Part shown: positions 57,701 to 64,000 of the stretch, piece by piece
How the letters are laid out: each line of letters starts with the position of its first letter
Numbering within the stretch: the first letter of the stretch is position 1
IMG/VR virus record: IMGVR_UViG_3300018080_005856
Span: 64,001-128,000 of that record
Length of the DNA stretch: 64,000 nucleotides
Source of the DNA: a virus
Direction: 5' to 3' (one strand)
Translations under genes and position numbers: made by a program
Notes under the pieces: model-generated
What the model was told of the DNA's origin: nothing
What the model saw: the letters and a program-made list of their open reading frames with translations, nothing else
Database searches by the model: none

Positions 57701-60700
57701 AACTACGATACGAGATTCCTATATCCGGCAGCTTATGGTGCTGTAGAGATAAACTGGTTAGCAATAGATGCTATAAGAGCTGCAGCTTTAGCTATAGGAC
57801 CAATGCTGGCCAATGATAATATGAAGCCGGGAGGTGATATTCCCGATGGACATATGAGTGAGTTCTTCCAAACCGCAGCAGAGCTTCTTAGAGATGAAAG
57901 TGCTAGAAACCATTGCTCCGACGTTCTTACATCTGTTCTCACGTATTCTATGGCAGATGTACTAGCAAATGGAATGATAGCTACTCATGGTAGAAAAGCG
58001 GCATATGCTCATAATGACTCTGTACTAAGAGCGTTTAACAAGATGTCCAGTTTAGAAACAGAGGATACAGTTGTTACAGCTCTGCAGTATTTGGGATCCA
58101 GAATACAATCACATATAGTGAAAGCCAGAAGAGTTACACAAAGCAGAGATATGTGCACACAGGTAGTATCCGGAGTGTTTGCCGATAGATCTTTCGGTGG
58201 TTCCAAGGACCTAAGGAAAGGATATTGCTGTGCTCTCGGCTCTGTTCTTAATTATATGTATCAAGTTGCCTATGCCGGCACAGAAACAGTGAGCAGCCTT
58301 CCGCCTGAATATAATGACTATACTATCCCAGCCATGCTACAGATAATAGATAGGGATCGTGGTGAGCTCATGATAGACGAGCTATTGCATCGTGGCAAAA
58401 GCTTCTTCGCTGCTACGGTCGGTTTTCTCCCTGACATAATAATAGGAGCAGCTATAGCTTTGTCAGGTCCTGGGGCAGTGCTAACCACTATATTCTATAT
58501 AATACGCGGAGCCATGGATATATGGGCAGTATGGGATCTAGTCATGAGTATATTCAAAGAGAATGCTATAGAATTTGCATTCGGAAGAGGTAACATATTT
58601 GCCATGTCCAGATGGTGTTCAGGAAGAATATCAGATGCAATGGATCAATCACAATTGCTAGAATGCTGTATTAAGAGCGGAATCTGGATGCCGGCAGCTC
58701 TAAAACCAAGGGGTGATACATTTGATGAAGAAAGAACATCATATAGAGATTTCCCTACTGTGCATAGGGGCGGAAAACCATTACCCCCAGACTTCTTCGT
58801 ATATAAAGTAGGCATTTTATCTAAGGCGTATGACGATATGAAATCGTACATAAACTCGGCTGTAGAGTCTACTAGAGACCGTTACGCCGACTTGGATAAC
58901 GATAATGTTGAGGCACTAAAGACTGAGCTAAAGCAAGAAATAGACGAATCGAGAGAACTATCTAGGGCTAGAGTTCAGGATGCTCTTACCAGAGCGCTAA
59001 TAGATAGTACTCCTGAGGACAAATCACTAAAGAAAGACTACATGCAGGCTGTAGGGAAATCTGGGGATATCATAAGCTATGTAGTATATGGTAATAGAAC
59101 AGATGCAGCAAAGAAAGGGCATATATGTTCTACAAAGTATGGGTCATATAGTAGTACAGTCAGCAAGGCCGGATCTATGTTGCATCTTGATATGAGTGAC
59201 GTAGGTGTAGTAGTAAAGATAGGCAGTTCTTTCACTCCTATATCGAAGGGACCAGAACTGTCAGAACTCATAACTAATAAAGGCGAGCTAATGCAAATGA
59301 TCGTAGAGGCCGCTAACTCGAGCCCCTATGGTAAAGTAAGAGAAAACCTGAAGTCATTCCTACAGAGATCTATAAGAGAAATACTAGATTATATAGCAGC
59401 TACAAAGGCTCTAGGGGGACAGTTCGTATACGGTCTTGATACCATGCCAGGAACTATAGGAAACTTGATATTAATCAAGAACATTGTTGGTTCCAACATA
59501 AGGGCTATAGGGAAACCGGGACTGGCATTGTTCAAGAGCCAGATGGATAAGGTTGGACGAGATTCTCTAAGAAGATCCTCTACTCTACAAACCCAATATA
59601 TATTCCCAACTGTGAAGCTATACTTTATAGAAGAAGACAGCGAGAACTTTTATCTATTTGATGATTTGTATTCATATGCATCTATAGTAGAAGTATCAGT
59701 TCATATGGATAAATACAGCCCGGTCCGTACATCTGAGATAAAGATAACAAACCTATTTGGTATGTTGAACGATATACTATCTGACTCAAAGAACAAGGAG
59801 TATAACTTCTTTAGCGGTCCAGATGAGAACGCTCCTCTAAACTCTGTTATGTTGAGACCGGGATGCAAGATAAAGATCCAAGCCGGCACTACTCCAATCC
59901 TAGACGAGCATGATACTATATTCACTGGAAGAATAAGCACTATAGATTTCAATGTTATCACAACTATTACAGCGGTAAGCGCTGGGGACATGTTTACAGA
60001 AAGCTTAAGCATGGACGTGGTAAAGGTCTATGGTAGTCAGGCCAATGCAACAGGCGGACTAGGTACTAAACTGATACAGGCACCTATCCGTGAGGGAATA
60101 CAGTCTATGGTTGGTGATGACTACATGGCTCCAATTACAAAGCTAAAGACTGTCATAGGGTATGTATTGTATGATGTTGTACAGTCCACGGAGAGGCTCA
60201 CAGATTTCTCGCTAAGGCCACCTGTAGAAGTACAGGATCCTGAAATATCTCCTGCTACCAGTAATCTCATGGATATACTGAAGAAGAAGCTTATTATAAC
60301 TCAGTCATCCTCGTTCATAGAATCAGTGAGCGGGGCCAGGGTAGATCTTCAGGAGAACCAACAACTGTTTGAAAACATATACCTTGATACCGATGTTATA
60401 GGGTCATCATGGTTCGGAAACTTGACGTTTATAGGAGAAGGTGTGTGGGTTTCTAGAGATGAGTCAGCATGGGATATAATGAGTGAACTAAATCTTCTCT
60501 TACCCAACCACGATGTTCTAGTGAGACCATATGATACTAGATCTACTCTAGTTTGGAATAACGACGATGGTTATTACCGGTTCAGGAGATGTGTAGACCT
60601 TGATAATATCCTTACTAATGCTCTTACAACCAAGCTTAGAATAGCAGGCCGGGACCCAAGGTTCAAACTTCTCCCTCTATTTGACGTAATAAATCAGGGT

Positions 60701-63049
60701 ATGAATGGTGGGAGCCCAAGAAGGAAAGCCGCGGCCATAGCGCTGCTTACGCAGCTGGCTTACATATCACAACGAATATATGGGAGTTTCATGCTTACTG
60801 CCCCCACAGAGTACAGGGCTGAGATTCCTGATGATAAACTAATTCTAATGTCACCAGATATATCAAACGAGGAAATGATACCTAAAGCTCTAGATTGGTT
60901 ATCCCCTGAACTCATAAAGAACACGGGATCTGTGTCTGTAGATATAGCAGAAATTCTTGAGAACATTGCAGACGAAAATGAAGAGGAGGACGAGTTCATA
61001 CAAAATGGTGTCAGTAACCTAAAGCTCGAAGATGTATCAATATCACCAGACTCATCACCAATACCGAGCTATATAAAGAAAGACGAGGCCAAGACTGCTT
61101 ATCTGTTGTCATTAAACCTTGCTGCTGATAGTACAATGAACTTTATGAGAGAATTAGCATTCACAAGGAGCAAGAACCACAGGAAAGTATCTGATATGCA
61201 CATTAAGGTGTCGGGTAGAGATATAATAAAGAACGATATAACACTCATGGAGCCATATAACACGGTGAGAATGTCATATCCGAAAGAGGACCTAAGCGAT
61301 GACGAGCTCTCAGCTGCAGCACTTTTGGGTGTGAGCGGAGAGGGAAATGAAATCATGGTACCCATTCATTATAAGCTTAAACCATGGGGAAGGAAGATAT
61401 ACCAGACACATTTTAAGAATGCGAATGTTCTTCCCACAGCACGTACCAGTGCTATATCCACCGCGACTACAAGCGTGTTGGCTAATCTTATGAAGGAAAC
61501 ATATGGTGGGACAATTACTCTGCTTGGGGACTCCAGAATAATGGAGGGAGATAGGATATTCCTATGGGATGAAAACAGGGATCTATACGGGGTAGTTGGA
61601 GTAAAATCACATACTTTCATAATGAGTCCAGAATCAGGTTGTATGAGTGTGATAGAACCGGAAATGATTACTAGGAACGATGGAAAGCTGAAGAGGAACC
61701 TGTATGATACTACTGTTACCACACTCAACATAATAACAAAGACACTAGGGACCTTGGTATTAATAGGCGGTTCATACCTGTTGTTCAGATATGCACGATC
61801 AAGATATAGAATGTCAAGTGCTCTACTGGATGTAACAGAACAGTCAGGATTCTGGGTGAGATTGTTAACGGGTATAGGAAGATCCTTGAGAAATCTAAGA
61901 GATAATCTTCCTCTTGCCAAACTCATAGGAAGAGGTTTTACTTCATGGTTCCATACTCTTGATAACGGTAAACTAGCGAAAGGGCTTTACCGTAGTTACA
62001 TGAAGACGTCCAGTACACTGAGGGAAATATTCGATCCTAACTTTGTAACAGATACAACAACGGCACTAAGAACTTGGGCAAGAGGGGTAAGTGAAACATA
62101 CAAGGATCTCCCTCTAGTTGGATCTATCATAGGCAGTAAACTTACTGATAGAAACCTCAACCGGGTAATAGAAAAGGCTGTAGATACTGCCATGGACAGT
62201 CTAGTTACATTGAAATCAAGCAAAATGGCAGCCAGCATAGATATACCAACAGGTGAGTCTTTTAGAAGAATAGTAAAAGACAATGTGATAAAAGAACTAG
62301 ACAACTATCTCCTTACTTTACCTACACCAGTTATTATACCTGACAATAGACTCCTCAGAAGTGGACTGGAAACAGCCGTCTCAACAGTTATCGACTCACG
62401 TATAAAGATCTCAAAAGGAACTGCAGTATCTATGGTAGAGGATTTCGATAGCACATTGAGGAACCTTGTAAAGGAAATGGAGGTTGGAGAGAATACGGTT
62501 AGAGAATACGTTAGGAACCTTAACCCGTCTCAATATCCTTCGGGTATCCTAGGCAGAGGACTACACCTAAGAACTGCAAAGGAGAAGGACTTTATAGTAA
62601 AAGCAACAGAGGGAATGATAACTGAAACAAGGAGAATGTGTATATCCGACTCTAAATCTCTGTTATCTATGGTAAAACGGTACGGGGGAATGCTTACAAA
62701 AGTAGCAATAGGCGGGAGTATAGCTTACGAAGCGTTCTCTGCGGCAGCCAGTGCTATAGAACTATACATGTTTATAAGGGAAACAGCAGACAAAATAGTG
62801 TTATCTCCTCTCATGTTCAGAGGAGAACCATTCATGGCTGGCCTAGAAGGTGTTACAAAGCAGGATGGTGAACAAGCAGGTTTTGCTGGTATAATGGTTT
62901 CCAGGTTCACCGATGTTGTAGAGGCCTTTGGAGATAGATTATCATCTCCTGTATTATCAGCTTTGGTAGAACTGGAAAAGATGAAAAGGGGCACAGTCAG
63001 GGATATAGGTGGAGGAAACAGGCCAGGACCTGTAGTAGAGAGAGATTAA
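54767..63049 (+). CDS. Giant tail-tip protein: M23 peptidase plus baseplate-hub-like region
   Basis: M23 motifs HRGLD (55472), YMHL and GNTGGSTGPHLHFE (55835). Hub-like LRPGCKIKIQAG..IFTGRI and YGGTITLLGDSRIMEGDRIFL. Two hydrophobic segments. Confidence 0.8.
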   Translation: MANKVHITDEDRKAAADVFSAYTGELDEDQYIDPGTIPVTDDMSECQPFIDLVKQLTGESTTDIADLPFDKYTPFDQTRLDHQFRITTVHKDLTAIVPEVDRFKEFYRIAEQFTNESSLIVSAAMDSNIKDITCMPPSYVFSYAAKKIREVITMLQKENIPGLSDLKDYAGRFDRLASDAKHMQAPYPDTSTPAFDPDDYAIRIVADSVTFPLVPRLNETEPTGDFGFMTPERPSHRGLDLKVYTEQAVSNTGKIYYTSSHPVVAIAEGKVIHCTSSNNLAKPCVRFDTDTNHGEDVDGKIFEGRDGGNIVIIWHPDLGKMSAYMHLSEISVKKGNSVLAGDVIGVAGNTGGSTGPHLHFEMRDPSLAKGAAADISSWRKGVPINPWPYIGGGYNGDPTNSEPAIKLEATQGNLKAEDTVEDFREYLNSLTMSPAENPEDQSNVLYAIHRQIMARVTSSVHSVYVNDISGKAEQVTINWMPGTSKAIPIEGQSAPVIQSLGGRNVQVSISLKGISPVEVAKIALMFKVPSTDETIAGMLTLARSGMFGETSIRNSYLQRWYRTDQIESMLRGISGSTQKVHLDEPVIVDNEYLNSMGLKTFHPISMEVKTVPQASEAYDILLTLSYMNLRNRSLESLKKSRHGIQAPVLPVTARVFPEKATGDSGFGLESDYQAYGILSRLSIVNCLAEILPLYIMSRVYRLYKTMSEYTPGSVIDLDGLDIMTKILAPTGIDTAIEKVFSTVRDYDTDVPSFSSAILDASMELANLGTVAALSRYTEKTIEVAKQGTGSNKFSKIVAATLGAVTTLNSVLKYAFGPVGTPEVNRGAETRTLYMNIPSLAPIMIWSLLAEFIDRLSAGKENEFFSEISNDVIDMLNDSYAEPNVRTLRIGGSDEVFVEVKGAIGQEAAGGEYKPLFIGEIKLSMIMGGEHDDSERNTLFGSIDVSEGLGQIWFGSEDAKALRKKLVDEIETMARNPRGNYDTRFLYPAAYGAVEINWLAIDAIRAAALAIGPMLANDNMKPGGDIPDGHMSEFFQTAAELLRDESARNHCSDVLTSVLTYSMADVLANGMIATHGRKAAYAHNDSVLRAFNKMSSLETEDTVVTALQYLGSRIQSHIVKARRVTQSRDMCTQVVSGVFADRSFGGSKDLRKGYCCALGSVLNYMYQVAYAGTETVSSLPPEYNDYTIPAMLQIIDRDRGELMIDELLHRGKSFFAATVGFLPDIIIGAAIALSGPGAVLTTIFYIIRGAMDIWAVWDLVMSIFKENAIEFAFGRGNIFAMSRWCSGRISDAMDQSQLLECCIKSGIWMPAALKPRGDTFDEERTSYRDFPTVHRGGKPLPPDFFVYKVGILSKAYDDMKSYINSAVESTRDRYADLDNDNVEALKTELKQEIDESRELSRARVQDALTRALIDSTPEDKSLKKDYMQAVGKSGDIISYVVYGNRTDAAKKGHICSTKYGSYSSTVSKAGSMLHLDMSDVGVVVKIGSSFTPISKGPELSELITNKGELMQMIVEAANSSPYGKVRENLKSFLQRSIREILDYIAATKALGGQFVYGLDTMPGTIGNLILIKNIVGSNIRAIGKPGLALFKSQMDKVGRDSLRRSSTLQTQYIFPTVKLYFIEEDSENFYLFDDLYSYASIVEVSVHMDKYSPVRTSEIKITNLFGMLNDILSDSKNKEYNFFSGPDENAPLNSVMLRPGCKIKIQAGTTPILDEHDTIFTGRISTIDFNVITTITAVSAGDMFTESLSMDVVKVYGSQANATGGLGTKLIQAPIREGIQSMVGDDYMAPITKLKTVIGYVLYDVVQSTERLTDFSLRPPVEVQDPEISPATSNLMDILKKKLIITQSSSFIESVSGARVDLQENQQLFENIYLDTDVIGSSWFGNLTFIGEGVWVSRDESAWDIMSELNLLLPNHDVLVRPYDTRSTLVWNNDDGYYRFRRCVDLDNILTNALTTKLRIAGRDPRFKLLPLFDVINQGMNGGSPRRKAAAIALLTQLAYISQRIYGSFMLTAPTEYRAEIPDDKLILMSPDISNEEMIPKALDWLSPELIKNTGSVSVDIAEILENIADENEEEDEFIQNGVSNLKLEDVSISPDSSPIPSYIKKDEAKTAYLLSLNLAADSTMNFMRELAFTRSKNHRKVSDMHIKVSGRDIIKNDITLMEPYNTVRMSYPKEDLSDDELSAAALLGVSGEGNEIMVPIHYKLKPWGRKIYQTHFKNANVLPTARTSAISTATTSVLANLMKETYGGTITLLGDSRIMEGDRIFLWDENRDLYGVVGVKSHTFIMSPESGCMSVIEPEMITRNDGKLKRNLYDTTVTTLNIITKTLGTLVLIGGSYLLFRYARSRYRMSSALLDVTEQSGFWVRLLTGIGRSLRNLRDNLPLAKLIGRGFTSWFHTLDNGKLAKGLYRSYMKTSSTLREIFDPNFVTDTTTALRTWARGVSETYKDLPLVGSIIGSKLTDRNLNRVIEKAVDTAMDSLVTLKSSKMAASIDIPTGESFRRIVKDNVIKELDNYLLTLPTPVIIPDNRLLRSGLETAVSTVIDSRIKISKGTAVSMVEDFDSTLRNLVKEMEVGENTVREYVRNLNPSQYPSGILGRGLHLRTAKEKDFIVKATEGMITETRRMCISDSKSLLSMVKRYGGMLTKVAIGGSIAYEAFSAAASAIELYMFIRETADKIVLSPLMFRGEPFMAGLEGVTKQDGEQAGFAGIMVSRFTDVVEAFGDRLSSPVLSALVELEKMKRGTVRDIGGGNRPGPVVERD

Positions 63050-63052
63050 CAT

Positions 63053-64000
63053 ATGGCAGAGAACAAACCTAAAAGTATGGAAGGCCCTCCCCAGGGTACG
63101 TTCAAGACCACTGGAGTATTAGTAGATAGTCCTAGTGGTGAAAGAACCCAGCACAGTGGTTCTCTCATAGATAATACTATAATGGGAGGTAGCCTGTATG
63201 TGAGTCTGATGGTAAAAGACCCATATACTGGCCAAGCTGTAAGATTGGATGGGATAAAGGTGGAGAGAACATTAGGTACTATTGTATCGGGTATCCCGGA
63301 AGAAGGATTCTTCGAATTAACATGCCCAAGCTACAGTAAGTTCAAGGCCCGGGATCCAGAAGGTATGACTGCTCTCCCGAAGAGCAAGGCTACTGTAGTA
63401 CAGAATACAGCACTACCCACCCCTATAAAGGTAAAGGACTCAGTTGATAATTTCTCTTCTACTTCCAACAGCCCAGTGTGCAAGAAGTTCAATGAGAACG
63501 TCAATGTTGCACAAAGACATCTTGGTTTGGTTCATGAAAGAGATGACCTAGAGATAGTACAGGGGCCCGAGAACGGAGCATCTCCTGGTATGGCAATAAA
63601 CCAGAGAGCTGGTTCAGTGTACCTATTTGGGAATGACGGAAAACAGAATATGAATATAAGCCCAGGTGGTGGAGTAAAGATGAACGCAGCTACGGTGGAT
63701 TCCGGTTCTGCACAGAAAGAACTGACTACAATGAACTATGGTGGCATGCCACAAGTAGAGAATCCAATGAATAACGTTGTACCTCAGGGTACTATTCTAA
63801 TGCCACAGCCGCGTACTGTTCCAAACGTACTGAAAATACTCAACATGGTAGCCACTATTGTGGACATGGCAGATCTCATAAAAGCATGTTCTGATGCTGT
63901 AAAGGCAGTGAAAACTGCACAAGGAGCAGAGGAAGATCAGCTTCTCAACGATATATACAACGATGCGGCAGGGTATAGTTCTTTCGAAGAACAATTCATG
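63053..64000 (+). CDS. Baseplate-region protein (possible spike), truncated by the window edge
   Basis: Translated by hand from ATG 63053 (MAENKPKSMEG...) and open for 316 codons. Position after the hub gene; function inferred only. Confidence 0.5.
   Translation, partial: MAENKPKSMEGPPQGTFKTTGVLVDSPSGERTQHSGSLIDNTIMGGSLYVSLMVKDPYTGQAVRLDGIKVERTLGTIVSGIPEEGFFELTCPSYSKFKARDPEGMTALPKSKATVVQNTALPTPIKVKDSVDNFSSTSNSPVCKKFNENVNVAQRHLGLVHERDDLEIVQGPENGASPGMAINQRAGSVYLFGNDGKQNMNISPGGGVKMNAATVDSGSAQKELTTMNYGGMPQVENPMNNVVPQGTILMPQPRTVPNVLKILNMVATIVDMADLIKACSDAVKAVKTAQGAEEDQLLNDIYNDAAGYSSFEEQFM

Noticed and set aside
40143-62994. Many 60-200-aa minus-strand ORFs opposite the giant genes
   Set aside because: Shadow ORFs of long coding frames, with no RBS or motif support.
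17846-63049. Bacterial eCIS, T6SS or tailocin locus
   Set aside because: Terminase, portal, protease and major capsid genes are linked upstream, so this is a complete phage virion module.
1-64000. Alternative genetic code or archaeal virus (ATA/AGA-rich codons, GAGGTGA-type RBS)
   Set aside because: Long ORFs end in TAA, TAG and TGA and tile the window under code 11. RecA, the M23 peptidase, lipoboxes and sigma70-like promoters point to a bacterial host.

Overview
This window is a gene-dense segment of a large tailed dsDNA bacteriophage, probably with a contractile tail. It uses the standard genetic code, and I saw no tRNA, rRNA, CRISPR array, integrase or IS. The + strand carries the virion module: TerL, an 853-aa unknown, portal, prohead protease/scaffold, decoration protein, HK97-like major capsid, neck genes, tail sheath, three tube-fold paralogues, several giant virion proteins, a tandem SNase protein, an M23/baseplate-hub protein and a truncated last gene. 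An inverted cassette (about 22.8-29.6 kb) splits the tail genes. It holds recA, RNase HI, small Zn/membrane proteins, two beta-propeller lipoproteins, a 40-aa membrane microprotein and a densely structured ~250-nt intergenic element. The main finding is ORF 46367..52732 (2121 aa). By manual motif reading it carries, in order, the beta-like and then beta'-like catalytic motifs of two-barrel RNA polymerases, with a non-canonical DQDMD metal loop. It looks like a single-chain RNAP encoded among tail genes, next to a 2105-aa membrane-type protein with an apparently dead PD-(D/E)xK domain, which suggests a virion-delivered transcription cassette. All calls come from reading motifs by eye; no database searches were run.
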